Below are positions 13,025 through 28,300 of a DNA stretch of 64,000 bases, piece by piece. Both the position numbers and the translations under genes were made by a program. Under the pieces are notes generated by a model. It was not told where the DNA came from, did no database searches, and worked only from the letters and a program-made list of their open reading frames with translations. Positions within the stretch are counted from its first letter, which is position 1. Each line of letters opens with the position of its first letter. Source of the stretch: Auanema rhodensis (lineage: Eukaryota > Animalia > Nematoda); contig CAXKVF010000074.1 in NCBI GenBank assembly GCA_964057225.1, positions 186,001 through 250,000 of the forward strand, given 5' to 3'.

Positions 13025-14608
13025 ATTAGATTCCCCATGTCCATATTAGTCTAAAAACAAATTTTTATTGATATTGGTTCATGGTAACCATGACTTTGAA
13101 ATTTACGTGAACTTTAATTTATGCTAATTAAATGTACACGTGATGTGCACTTGGTATGTAACTCGCTTCACGTGAAAGAAAAAGAGATGCGGTTTTCAAA
13201 ATTAGATTCCCCATGTCCATATTAGTCTAAAAACAAATTTTTATTGATATTGGTTCATGGTAACCATGACTTTGAAATTTATGTGAACTTTAATTTATGC
13301 TAATTAAATGTACACGTGATGTGCACTTGGTATGTAACTCGCTTCACGTGAAAGAAAAAGAGATGCGGTTTTCAAAATTAGATTCCCCATGTCCATATTA
13401 GTCTAAAAACAAATTTTTATTGATATTGGTTCATGGTAACCATGACTTTGAAATTTACGTGAACTTTAATTTATGCTAATTAAATGTACACGTGATGTGC
13501 ACTTGGTATGTAACTCGCTTCACGTGAAAGATAAAGAGATGCGGTTTTCAAAATTAGATTCCCCATGTCCATATTAGTCTAAAAACAAATTTTTATTGAT
13601 ATTGGTGCATGGTAACCATGACTTTGAAATTTACGTGAACTTTAATTTATGCTAATTAAATGTACACGTGATGTGCACTTGGTATGTAACTCGCTTCACG
13701 TGAAAGATAAAGAGATGCGGTTTTCAAAATTAGATTCCCCATGTCCATATTAGTCTAAAAACAAATTTTTATTGATATTAGTTCATGGTAACCATGACTT
13801 TGAAATTTACGTGAACTTTAATTTATGCTAATTAAATGTACACGTGATGTGCACTTGGTATGTAACTCGCTTCACGTGAAAGATAAAGAGATGCGGTTTT
13901 CAAAATTAGATTCCCCATGTCCATATTAGTCTAAAAACAAATTTTTATTGATATTGGTTCATGGTAACCATGACTTTGAAATTTACGTGAACTTTAATTT
14001 ATGCTAATTAAATGTACACGTGATGTGCACTTGGTATGTAACTCGCTTCACGTGAAAGATAAAGAGATGCGGTTTTCAAAATTAGATTCCCCATGTCCAT
14101 ATTAGTCTAAAAACAAATTTTTATTGATATTGGTTCATGGTAACCATGACTTTGAAATTTACGTGAACTTTAATTTATGCTAATTAAATGTACACGTGAT
14201 GTGCACTTGGTATGTAACTCGCTTCACGTAAAAGAAAAAGAGATGCGGTTTTCAAAATTAGATTCCCCATGTCCATATTAGTCTAAAAACAAATTTTTAT
14301 TGATATTGGTTCATGGTAACCATGACTTTGAAATTTACGTGAACTTTAATTTATGCTAATTAAATGTACACGTGATGTGCACTTGGTATGTAACTCGCTT
14401 CACGTGAAAGATAAAGAGATGCGGTTTTCAAAATTAGATTCCCCATGTCCATATTAGTCTAAAAACAAATTTTTATTGATATTGGTTCATGGTAACCATG
14501 ACTTTGAAATTTACGTGAACTTTAATTTATGCTAATTAAATGTACACGTGATGTGCACTTGGTATGTAACTCGCTTCACGTGAAAGAAAAAGAGATGCGG
14601 TTTTCAAA

Positions 14609-17603
14609 ATTAGATTCCCCATGTCCATATTAGTCTAAAAACAAATTTTTATTGATATTGGTGCATGGTAACCATGACTTTGAAATTTACGTGAACTTTA
14701 ATTTATGCTAATTAAATGTACACGTGATGTGCACTTGGTATGTAACTCGCTTCACGTGAAAGATGAAGAGATGCGGTTTTCAAAATTAGATTCCCCATGT
14801 CCATATTAGTCTAAAAACAAATTTTTATTGATATTGGTTCATGGTAACCATGACTTTGAAATTTACGTGAACTTTAATTTATGCTAATTAAATGTACACG
14901 TGATGTGCACTTGGTATGTAACTCGCTTCACGTGAAAGATAAAGAGATGCGGTTTTCAAAATTAGAATCCCCATGTCCATATTAGTCTAAAAACAAATTT
15001 TTATTGATATTGCTTCATGGTAACCATGACTTTGAAATTTACGTGAACTTTAATTTATGCTTATTTAATTGTACACGTGATGTGCACTTGGTATTTAACT
15101 CGCTTCAGGTGAAAGATAAAGAGATGCGGTTTTCAAAATTAGATTCCCCATGTCCATATTAGTCTAAAAACAAATTTTTATTGATATTGGTTCATGGTAA
15201 CCATGACTTTGAAATTTACGTGAACTTTAATTTATGCTAATTAAATGTACACGTGATGTGCACTTGGTATGTAACTTGCTTCACGTGAAAGATAAAGAGA
15301 TGCGGTTTTCAAAATTAGATTCCCCATGTCCATATTAGTCTAAAAACAAATTTTTATTGATATTGGTTCATGGTAACCATGACTTTGAATTTTACGTGAA
15401 CTTTAATTTATGCTAATTAAATGTACACGTGATGTGCACTTGGTATGTAACTCGCTTCACGTAAAAGATAAAGAGATGCGGTTTTCAAAATTAGATTCCC
15501 CATGTCCATATTAGTCTAAAAACAAATTTTTATTGATATTGCTTCATGGTAACCATGACTTTGAAATTTACGTGAACTTTAATTTATGCTAATTAAATGT
15601 ACACGTGATGTGCACTTGGTATGTAACTCGCTTCACGTGAAAGATAAAGAGATGCGGTTTTCAAAATTAGATTCCCCATGTCCATATTAGTCTAAAAACA
15701 AATTTTTATTGATATTGGTGCATGGTAACCATGACTTTGAAATTTACGTGAACTTTAATTTATGCTAATTAAATGTACACGTGATGTGCACTTGGTATGT
15801 AACTCGCTTCACGTGAAAGAAAAAGAGATGCGGTTTTCAAAATTAGATTCCCCATGTCCATATTAGTCTAAAAACAAATTTTTATTGATATTGGTGCATG
15901 GTAACCATGACTTTGAAATTTACGTGAACTTTAATTTATGCTAATTAAATGTACACGTGATGTGCACTTGGTATGTAACTCGCTTCACGTGAAAGATGAA
16001 GAGATGCGGTTTTCAAAATTAGATTCCCCATGTCCATATTAGTCTAAAAACAAATTTTTATTGATATTGGTTCATGGTAACCATGACTTTGAAATTTACG
16101 TGAACTTTAATTTATGCTAATTAAATGTACACGTGATGTGCACTTGGTATGTAACTCGCTTCACGTGAAAGATAAAGAGATGCGGTTTTCAAAATTAGAA
16201 TCCCCATGTCCATATTAGTCTAAAAACAAATTTTTATTGATATTGCTTCATGGTAACCATGACTTTGAAATTTACGTGAACTTTAATTTATGCTTATTTA
16301 ATTGTACACGTGATGTGCACTTGGTATGTAACTCGCTTCACGTGAAAGATAAAGAAATGCGGTTTTCAAAATTAGATTCCCCATGTCCATATTAGTCTAA
16401 AAACAAATTTTTATTGATATTGGTTCATGGTAACCATGACTTTGAAATTTACGTGAACTTTAATTTATGCTAATTAAATGTACACGTGATGTGCACTTGG
16501 TATGTAACTTGCTTCACGTGAAAGATAAAGAGATGCGGTTTTCAAAATTAGATTCCCCATGTCCATATTAGTCTAAAAACAAATTTTTATTGATATTGGT
16601 TCATGGTAACCATGACTTTGAATTTTACGTGAACTTTAATTTATGCTAATTAAATGTACACGTGATGTGCACTTGGTATGTAACTCGCTTCACGTAAAAG
16701 ATAAAGAGATGCGGTTTTCAAAATTAGATTCCCCATGTCCATATTAGTCTAAAAACAAATTTTTATTGATATTGCTTCATGGTAACCATGACTTTGAAAT
16801 TTACGTGAACTTTAATTTATGCTAATTAAATGTACACGTGATGTGCACTTGGTATGTAACTCGCTTCACGTGAAAGATAAAGAGATGCGGTTTTCAAAAT
16901 TAGATTCCCCATGTCCATATTAGTCTAAAAACAAATTTTTATTGATATTGGTTCATGGTAACCATGACTTTGAAATTTACGTGAACTTTAATTTATGCTA
17001 ATTAAATGTACACGTGATGTGCACTTGGTATGTAACTCGCTTCACGTGAAAGATAAAGAGATGCGGTTTTCAAAATTAGATTCCCCATGTCCATATTAGT
17101 CTAAAAACAAATTTTTATTGATATTGGTGCATGGTAACCATGACTTTGAAATTTACGTGAACTTTAATTTATGCTAATTAAATGTACACGTGATGTGCAC
17201 TTGGTATGTAACTCGCTTCACGTGAAAGATGAAGAGATGCGGTTTTCAAAATTAGATTCCCCATGTCCATATTAGTCTAAAAACAAATTTTTATTGATAT
17301 TGGTTCATGGTAACCATGACTTTGAAATTTACGTGAACTTTAATTTATGCTAATTAAATGTACACGTGATGTGCACTTGGTATGTAACTCGCTTCACGTG
17401 AAAGATAAAGAGATGCGGTTTTCAAAATTAGAATCCCCATGTCCATATTAGTCTAAAAACAAATTTTTATTGATATTGCTTCATGGTAACCATGACTTTG
17501 AAATTTACGTGAACTTTAATTTATGCTTATTTAATTGTACACGTGATGTGCACTTGGTATTTAACTCGCTTCAGGTGAAAGATAAAGAGATGCGGTTTTC
17601 AAA
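14609..17603 (+). repeat. Local 7-monomer higher-order repeat, period 1233 bp (~2.4 copies), marked by a 177-bp variant monomer
   Basis: The 177-bp monomer (AGAATCC ... GCTTATTTAATTGTAC) starts at 14961, 16194 and 17427, exactly 1233 bp (7x176+1) apart. Confidence 0.9.
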
Positions 17604-18835
17604 ATTAGATTCCCCATGTCCATATTAGTCTAAAAACAAATTTTTATTGATATTGCTTCATGGTAACCATGACTTTGAATTTTACGTGAACTTTAATTTA
17701 TGCTAATTAAATGTACACGTGATGTGCACTTGGTATGTAACTCGCTTCACGTGAAAGATAAAGAAATGCGGTTTTCAAAATTAGATTCCCCATGTCCATA
17801 TTAGTCTAAAAACAAATTTTTATTGATATTGGTTCATGGTAACCATGACTTTGAAATTTACATGAACTTTAATTTATGCTAATTAAATGTACACGTGATG
17901 TGCACTTGGTATGTAACTCGCTTCACGTGAAAGATAAAGAGATGCGGTTTTCAAAATTAGATTCCCCATGTCCATATTAGTCTAAAAACAAATTTTTATT
18001 GATATTGGTGCATGGTAACCATGACTTTGAAATTTACGTGAACTTTAATTTATGCTAATTAAATGTACACGTGATGTGCACTTGGTATGTAACTCGCTTC
18101 ACGTGAAAGATGAAGAGATGCGGTTTTCAAAATTAGATTCCCCATGTCCATATTAGTCTAAAAACAAATTTTTATTGATATTGCTTCATGGTAACCATGA
18201 CTTTGAAATTTACGTGAACTTTAATTTATGCTAATTAAATGTACACGTGATGTGCACTTGGTATGTAACTCGCTTCACGTGAAAGATAAAGAGATGCGGT
18301 TTTCAAAATTAGATTCCCCATGTCCATATTAGTCTAAAAACAAATTTTTATTGATATTGGTTCATGGTAACCATGACTTTGAAATTTACGTGAACTTTAA
18401 TTTATGCTAATTAAATGTACACGTGATGTGCACTTGGTATGTAACTCGCTTCACGTGAAAGATGAAGAGATGCGGTTTTCAAAATTAGATTCCCCATGTC
18501 CATATTAGTCTAAAAACAAATTTTTATTGATATTGGTTCATGGTAACCATGACTTTGAAATTTACGTGAACTTTAATTTATGCTAATTAAATGTACACGT
18601 GATGTGCACTTGGTATGTAACTCGCTTCACGTGAAAGATAAAGAGATGCGGTTTTCAAAATTAGGTTCCCCCTGTCCATATTAGTCTAAAAACAAATTTT
18701 TATTGATATTGCTTCATGGTAACCATGACTTTGAAATTTACGTGAACTTTAATTTATGCTAATTAAATGTACACGTGATGTGCACTTGGTATGTAACTCG
18801 CTTCACGTGAAAGATGAAGAGATGCGGTTTTCAAA

Positions 18836-21800
18836 ATTAGATTCCCCATGTCCATATTAGTCTAAAAACAAATTTTTATTGATATTGGTTCATGGTAACC
18901 ATGACTTTGAAATTTACGTGAACTTTAATTTATGCTAATTAAATGTACACGTGATGTGCACTTGGTATGTAACTCGCTTCACGTGAAAGATAAAGAGATG
19001 CGGTTTTCAAAATTAGATTCCCCCTGTCCATATTAGTCTAAAAACAAATTTTTATTGATATTGCTTCATGGTAACCATGACTTTGAAATTTACGTGAACT
19101 TTAATTTATGCTAATTAAATGTACACGTGATGTGCACTTGGTATGTAACTCGCTTCACGTGAAAGATAAAGAGATGCGGTTTTCAAAATTAGATTCCCCA
19201 TGTCCATATTAGTCTAAAAACAAATTTTTATTGATATTGCTTCATGGTAACCATGACTTTGAAATTTACGTGAACTTTAATTTATGCTAATTAAATGTAC
19301 ACGTGATGTGCACTTGGTATGTAACTCGCTTCACGTGAAAGATAAAGAGATGCGGTTTTCAAAATTAGATTCCCCATGTCCATATTAGTCTAAAAACAAA
19401 TTTTTATTGATATTGGTGCATGGTAACCATGACTTTGAAATTTACGTGAACTTTAATTTATGCTAATTAAATGTACACGTGATGTGCACTTGGTATGTAA
19501 CTCGCTTCACGTGAAAGATAAAGAGATGCGGTTTTCAAAATTAGATTCCCCATGTCCATATTAGTCTAAAAACAAATTTTTATTGATATTGGTTCATGGT
19601 AACCATGACTTTGAAATTTACGTGAACTTTAATTTATGCTAATTAAATGTACACGTGATGTGCACTTGGTATGTAACTCGCTTCACGTGAAAGATAAAGA
19701 GATGCGGTTTTCAAAATTAGATTCCCCATGTCCATATTAGTCTAAAAACAAATTTTTATTGATATTGGTTCATGGTAACCATGACTTTGAAATTTACGTG
19801 AACTTTAATTTATGCTAATTAAATGTACACGTGATGTGCACTTGGTATGTAACTCGCTTCACGTGAAAGATAAAGAGATGCGGTTTTCAAAATTAGATTC
19901 CCCATGTCCATATTAGTCTAAAAACAAATTTTTATTGATATTAGTTCATGGTAACCATGACTTTGAAATTTACGTGAACTTTAATTTATGCTAATTAAAT
20001 GTACACGTGATGTGCACTTGGTATGTAACTCGCTTCACGTGAAAGATAAAGAGATGCGGTTTTCAAAATTAGATTCCCCATGTCCATATTAGTCTAAAAA
20101 CAAATTTTTATTGATATTGGTTCATGGTAACCATGACTTTGAAATTTACGTGAACTTTAATTTATGCTAATTAAATGTACACGTGATGTGCACTTGGTAT
20201 GTAACTCGCTTCACGTGAAAGATAAAGAGATGCGGTTTTCAAAATTAGATTCCCCATGTCCATATTAGTCTAAAAACAAATTTTTATTGATATTAGTTCA
20301 TGGTAACCATGACTTTGAAATTTACGTGAACTTTAATTTATGCTAATTAAATGTACACGTGATGTGCACTTGGTATGTAACTCGCTTCACGTGAAAGATA
20401 AAGAGATGCGGTTTTCAAAATTAGATTCCCCATGTCCATATTAGTCTAAAAACAAATTTTTATTGATATTGGTTCATGGTAACCATGACTTTGAAATTTA
20501 CGTGAACTTTAATTTATGCTAATTAAATGTACACGTGATGTGCACTTGGTATGTAACTCGCTTCACGTGAAAGATAAAGAGATGCGGTTTTCAAAATTAG
20601 ATTCCCCATGTCCATATTAGTCTAAAAACAAATTTTTATTGATATTGGTTCATGGTAACCATGACTTTGAAATTTACGTGAACTTTAATTTATGCTAATT
20701 AAATGTACACGTGATGTGCACTTGGTATGTAACTCGCTTCACGTGAAAGATAAAGAGATGCGGTTTTCAAAATTAGATTCCCCCTGTCCATATTAGTCTA
20801 AAAACAAATTTTTATTGATATTGCTTCATGGTAACCATGACTTTGAAATTTACGTGAACTTTAATTTATGCTAATTAAATGTACACGTGATGTGCACTTG
20901 GTATGTAACTCGCTTCACGTGAAAGATAAAGAGATGCGGTTTTCAAAATTAGATTCCCCATGTCCATATTAGTCTAAAAACAAATTTTTATTGATATTGC
21001 TTCATGGTAACCATGACTTTGAAATTTACGTGAACTTTAATTTATGCTAATTAAATGTACACGTGATGTGCACTTGGTATGTAACTCGCTTCACGTGAAA
21101 GATAAAGAGATGCGGTTTTCAAAATTAGATTCCCCATGTCCATATTAGTCTAAAAACAAATTTTTATTGATATTGGTGCATGGTAACCATGACTTTGAAA
21201 TTTACGTGAACTTTAATTTATGCTAATTAAATGTACACGTGATGTGCACTTGGTATGTAACTCGCTTCACGTGAAAGATAAAGAGATGCGGTTTTCAAAA
21301 TTAGATTCCCCATGTCCATATTAGTCTAAAAACAAATTTTTATTGATATTGGTTCATGGTAACCATGACTTTGAAATTTACGTGAACTTTAATTTATGCT
21401 AATTAAATGTACACGTGATGTGCACTTGGTATGTAACTCGCTTCACGTGAAAGATAAAGAGATGCGGTTTTCAAAATTAGATTCCCCATGTCCATATTAG
21501 TCTAAAAACAAATTTTTATTGATATTGGTTCATGGTAACCATGACTTTGAAATTTACGTGAACTTTAATTTATGCTAATTAAATGTACACGTGATGTGCA
21601 CTTGGTATGTAACTCGCTTCACGTGAAAGATAAAGAGATGCGGTTTTCAAAATTAGATTCCCCATGTCCATATTAGTCTAAAAACAAATTTTTATTGATA
21701 TTAGTTCATGGTAACCATGACTTTGAAATTTACGTGAACTTTAATTTATGCTAATTAAATGTACACGTGATGTGCACTTGGTATGTAACTCGCTTCACGT

Positions 21801-22355
21801 GAAAGATAAAGAGATGCGGTTTTCAAAATTAGATTCCCCATGTCCATATTAGTCTAAAAACAAATTTTTATTGATATTGGTTCATGGTAACCATGACTTT
21901 GAAATTTACGTGAACTTTAATTTATGCTAATTAAATGTACACGTGATGTGCACTTGGTATGTAACTCGCTTCACGTGAAAGATAAAGAGATGCGGTTTTC
22001 AAAATTAGATTCCCCATGTCCATATTAGTCTAAAAACAAATTTTTATTGATATTAGTTCATGGTAACCATGACTTTGAAATTTACGTGAACTTTAATTTA
22101 TGCTAATTAAATGTACACGTGATGTGCACTTGGTATGTAACTCGCTTCACGTGAAAGATAAAGAGATGCGGTTTTCAAAATTAGATTCCCCATGTCCATA
22201 TTAGTCTAAAAACAAATTTTTATTGATATTGGTTCATGGTAACCATGACTTTGAAATTTACGTGAACTTTAATTTATGCTAATTAAATGTACACGTGATG
22301 TGCACTTGGTATGTAACTCGCTTCACGTGAAAGATAAAGAGATGCGGTTTTCAAA
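18836..22355 (+). repeat. Tandem duplication of a 10-monomer block (1760 bp x2)
   Basis: 18836-20595 and 20596-22355 share the order cons; A13C+G53C; G53C; T55G; cons; cons; G52A; cons; G52A; cons. Confidence 0.85.
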
Positions 22356-25300
22356 ATTAGATTCCCCATGTCCATATTAGTCTAAAAACAAATTTTTATT
22401 GATATTGGTTCATGGTAACCATGACTTTGAAATTTACGTGAACTTTAATTTATGCTAATTAAATGTACACGTGATGTGCACTTGGTATGTAACTCGCTTC
22501 ACGTGAAAGAAAAAGAGATGCGGTTTTCAAAATTAGATTCCCCATGTCCATATTAGTCTAAAAACAAATTTTTATTGATATTGGTGCATGGTAACCATGA
22601 CTTTGAAATTTACGTGAACTTTAATTTATGCTAATTAAATGTACACGTGATGTGCACTTGGTATGTAACTCGCTTCACGTGAAAGATAAAGAGATGCGGT
22701 TTTCAAAATTAGATTCCTCATGTCCATATTAGTCTAAAAACAAATTTTTATTGATATTGGTTCATGGTAACCATGACTTTGAAATTTACGTGAACTTTAA
22801 TTTATGCTAATTAAATGTACACGTGATGTGCACTTGGTATGTAACTCGCTTCACGTGAAAGATAAAGAGATGCGGTTTTCAAAATTAGATTCCCCATGTC
22901 CATATTAGTCTAAAAACAAATTTTTATTGATATTGGTGCATGGTAACCATGACTTTGAAATTTACGTGAACTTTAATTTATGCTAATTAAATGTACACGT
23001 GATGTGCACTTGGTATGTAACTCGCTTCACGTGAAAGATGAAGAGATGCGGTTTTCAAAATTAGATTCCCCATGTCCATATTAGTCTAAAAACAAATTTT
23101 TATTGATATTGGTTCATGGTAACCATGACTTTGAAATTTACGTGAACTTTAATTTATGCTAATTAAATGTACACGTGATGTGCACTTGGTATGTAACTCG
23201 CTTCACGTGAAAGATAAAGAGATGCGGTTTTCAAAATTAGATTCCAAATGTCCATATTAGTCTAAAAACAAATTTTTATTGATATTGGTTCATGGTAACC
23301 ATGACTTTGAAATTTACGTGAACTTTAATTTATGCTAATTAAATGTACACGTGATGTGCACTTGGTATGTAACTCGCTTCACGTGAAAGATAAAGAGATG
23401 CGGTTTTCAAAATTAGATTCCCCCTGTCCATATTAGTCTAAAAACAAATTTTTATTGATATTGCTTCATGGTAACCATGACTTTGAAATTTACGTGAACT
23501 TTAATTTATGCTAATTAAATGTACACGTGATGTGCACTTGGTATGTAACTCGCTTCACGTGAAAGATAAAGAGATGCGGTTTTCAAAATTAGATTCCCCA
23601 TGTCCATATTAGTCTAAAAACAAATTTTTATTGATATTGGTGCATGGTAACCATGACTTTGAAATTTACGTGAACTTTAATTTATGCTAATTAAATGTAC
23701 ACGTGATGTGCACTTGGTATGTAACTCGCTTCACGTGAAAGATGAAGAGATGCGGTTTTCAAAATTAGATTCCCCATGTCCATATTAGTCTAAAAACAAA
23801 TTTTTATTGATATTGGTTCATGGTAACCATGACTTTGAAATTTACGTGAACTTTAATTTATGCTAATTAAATGTACACGTGATGTGCACTTGGTATGTAA
23901 CTCGCTTCACGTGAAAGATAAAGAGATGCGGTTTTCAAAATTAGATTCCCCATGTCCATATTAGTCTAAAAACAAATTTTTATTGATATTGGTGCATGGT
24001 AACCATGACTTTGAAATTTACGTGAACTTTAATTTATGCTAATTAAATGTACACGTGATGTGCACTTGGTATGTAACTCGCTTCACGTGAAAGATAAAGA
24101 GATGCGGTTTTCAAAATTAGATTCCCCATGTCCATATTAGTCTAAAAACAAATTTTTATTGATATTGGTTCATGGTAACCATGACTTTGAAATTTACGTG
24201 AACTTTAATTTATGCTAATTAAATGTACACGTGATGTGCACTTGGTATGTAACTCGCTTCACGTGAAAGATAAAGAGATGCGGTTTTCAAAATTAGATTC
24301 CCCATGTCCATATTAGTCTAAAAACAAATTTTTATTGATATTGGTGCATGGTAACCATGACTTTGAAATTTACGTGAACTTTAATTTATGCTAATTAAAT
24401 GTACACGTGATGTGCACTTGGTATGTAACTCGCTTCACGTGAAAGATAAAGAGATGCGGTTTTCAAAATTAGATTCCCCATGTCCATATTAGTCTAAAAA
24501 CAAATTTTTATTGATATTGGTTCATGGTAACCATGACTTTGAAATTTACGTGAACTTTAATTAATGCTAATTAAATGTACACGTGATGTGCACTTGGTAT
24601 GTAACTCGCTTCACGTGAAAGATAAAGAGATCCGGTTTTCAAAATTAGATTCATCATGTCCATATTAGTTTAAAAACAAATTTTTATTGATATTGCTTCA
24701 TGGTAACCATGACTTTGAAATTTACGTGAACTTTAATTTATGCTAATTAAATGTACACGTGATGTGCACTTGGTATGTAACTCGCTTCACGTGAAAGATA
24801 AAGAGATGCGGTTTTCAAAATTAGATTTCCCATGTCCATATTAGTCTAAAAACAAATTTTTATTGATATTGGTTCATGGTAACCATAACTTTGAATTTTA
24901 CGTGAACTTTAATTTATGCTAATTAAATGTACACGTGATGTGCACTTGGTATGTAACTCGCTTCACGTGAAAGAAAAAGAGATGCGGTTTTCAAAATTAG
25001 ATTCCCCATGTCCATATTAGTCTAAAAACAAATTTTTATTGATATTGGTTCATGGTAACCATGACTTTGAAATTTACGTGAACTTTAATTTATGCTAATT
25101 AAATGTACACGTGATGTGCACTTGGTATGTAACTCGCTTCACGTGAAAGATAAAGAGATGCGGTTTTCAAAATTAGATTCCCCATGTCCATATTAGTCTA
25201 AAAACAAATTTTTATTGATATTGGTTCATGGTAACCATGACTTTGAAATTTACGTGAACTTTAATTTATGCTAATTAAATGTACACGTGATGTGCACTTG

Positions 25301-28300
25301 GTATGTAACTCGCTTCACGTGAAAGATAAAAAGATGCGGTTTTCAAAAATAGATTCCCCATGTCCATATTAGTCTAAAAACAAATTTTTATTGATATTGG
25401 TGCATGGTAACCATGACTTTGAAATTTACGTGAACTTTAATTTATGCTAATTAAATGTACACGTGATGTGCACTTGGTATGTAACTCGCTTCTCGTGAAA
25501 GATAAAGAGATGCGGTTTTCAAAATTAGATTCCCCATGTCCATATTAGTCTAAAAACAAATTTTTATTGATATTGGTTCATGGTAACCATGACTTTGAAA
25601 TTTACGTGAACTTTAATTTATGCTAATTAAATGTACACGTGATGTGCACTTGGTATGTAACTCGCTTCACGTGAAAGATAAAGAGATGCGGTTTTCAAAA
25701 TTAGATTCCCCATGTCCATATTAGTCTAAAAACAAATTTTTATTGATATTGGTGCATGGTAACCATGACTTTGAAATTTACGTGAACTTTAATTTATGCT
25801 AATTAAATGTACACGTGATGTGCACTTGGTATGTAACTCGCTTCACGTGAAAGATGAAGAGATGCGGTTTTCAAAATTAGATTCCCCATGTCCATATTAG
25901 TCTAAAAACAAATTTTTATTGATATTGGTGCATGGTAACCATGACTTTGAAATTTACGTGAACTTTAATTTATGCTAATTAAATGTACACGTGATGTGCA
26001 CTTGGTATGCAACTCGCTTCACGTGAAAGATAAAGAGATGCGGTTTTCAAAATTAGATTCCCCATGTCCATATTAGTCTAAAAACAAATTTTTATTGATA
26101 TTGGTGCATGGTAACCATGACTTTGAAATTTACGTGAACTTTAATTTATGCTAATTAAATGTACACGTGATGTGCACTTGGTATGTAACTCGCTTCACGT
26201 GAAAGATGAAGAGATGCGGTTTTCAAAATTAGATTCCCCATGTCCATATTAGTCTAAAAACAAATTTTTATTGATATTGGTGCATGGTAACCATGACTTT
26301 GAAATTTACGTGAACTTCAATTTATGCTAATTAAATGTACACGTGATGTGCACTTGGTATGTAACTCGCTTCACGTGAAAGATAAAGAGATGCGGTTTTC
26401 AAAATTAGATTCCCCATGTCCATATTAGTCTAAAAACAAATTTTTATTGATATTGGTTCATGGTAACCATGACTTTGAAATTTACGTGAACTTTAATTAA
26501 TGCTAATTAAATGTACACGTGATGTGCACTTGGTATGTAACTCGCTTCACGTGAAAGATGAAGAGATGCGGTTTTCAAAATTAGATTCCCCATGTCCATA
26601 TTAGTCTAAAAACAAATTTTTATTGATATTGGTTCATGGTAACCATGACTTTGAAATTTACGTGAACTTTAATTTATGCTAATTAAATGTACACGTGATG
26701 TGCACTTGGTATGTAACTCGTTTCACGTGAAAGATAAAGAGATGCGGTTTTCAAAATTAGATTCCCCATGTCCATATTAGTCTAAAAACAAATTTTTATT
26801 GATATTGGTACATGGTAACCATGACTTTGAAATTTACGTGAACTTTAATTTATGCTAATTAAATGTACACTTGATGTGCACTTGGTATGTAACTCGCTTC
26901 ACGTGAAAGATAAAGAGATGCGGTTTTCAAAATTAGATTACCCATGTCCATATTAGTCTAAAAACAAATTTTTATTGATATTGGTTCATGGTAACCATGA
27001 CTTTGAAATTTACGTGAACTTTAATTTATGCTAATTAAATGTACACGTGATGTGCACTTGGTATGTAACTCGCTTCACGTGAAAGATAAAGAAATGCGGT
27101 TTTCAAAATTAGATTCCCCATGTCCATATTAGTCTAAAAACAAATTTTTATTGATATTGGTGCATGGTAACCATGACTTTGAAATTTACGTGAACTTTAA
27201 TTTATGCTAATTAAATGTACACGTGATGTGCACTTGGTATGTAACTCGCTTCACGTGAAAGATAAAGAGATGCGGTTTTCAAAATTAGATTTCCCATGTC
27301 CATATTAGTCTAAAAACAAATTTTTATTGATATTAGTTCATGGTAACCATGACTTTGAAATTTACGTGAACTTTAATTTATGCTAATTAAATGTACACGT
27401 GATGTGCACTTGGTATGTAACTCGCTTCACGTGAAAGATAAAGAGATGCGGTTTTCAAAATTAGATTCCCCATGTCCATATTAGTCTAAAAACAAATTTT
27501 TATTGATATTGGTGCATGGTAACCATGACTTTGAAATTTACGTGAACTTTAATTTATGCTAATTAAATGTACACGTGATGTGCACTTGGTATGTAACTCG
27601 CTTCACGTGAAAGATGAAGAGATGCGGTTTTCAAAATTAGATTCCCCATGTCCATATTAGTCTAAAAACAAATTTTTATTGATATTGGTGCATGGTAACC
27701 ATGACTTTGAAATTTACGTGAACTTCAATTTATGCTAATTAAATGTACACGTGATGTGCACTTGGTATGTAACTCGCTTCACGTGAAAGATAAAGAGATG
27801 CGGTTTTCAAAATTAGATTCCCCATGTCCATATTAGTCTAAAAACAAATTTTTATTGATATTGGTTCATGGTAACCATGACTTTGAAATTTACGTGAACT
27901 TTAATTAATGCTAATTAAATGTACACGTGATGTGCACTTGGTATGTAACTCGCTTCACGTGAAAGATGAAGAGATGCGGTTTTCAAAATTAGATTCCCCA
28001 TGTCCATATTAGTCTAAAAACAAATTTTTATTGATATTGGTTCATGGTAACCATGACTTTGAAATTTACGTGAACTTTAATTTATGCTAATTAAATGTAC
28101 ACGTGATGTGCACTTGGTATGTAACTCGTTTCACGTGAAAGATAAAGAGATGCGGTTTTCAAAATTAGATTCCCCATGTCCATATTAGTCTAAAAACAAA
28201 TTTTTATTGATATTGGTGCATGGTAACCATGACTTTGAAATTTACGTGAACTTTAATTTATGCTAATTAAATGTACACTTGATGTGCACTTGGTATGTAA

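Noticed and set aside
18661-18665. Telomere-like TTAGG
   Set aside because: Single pentamer created by one substitution (A6G); no tandem telomeric repeat.
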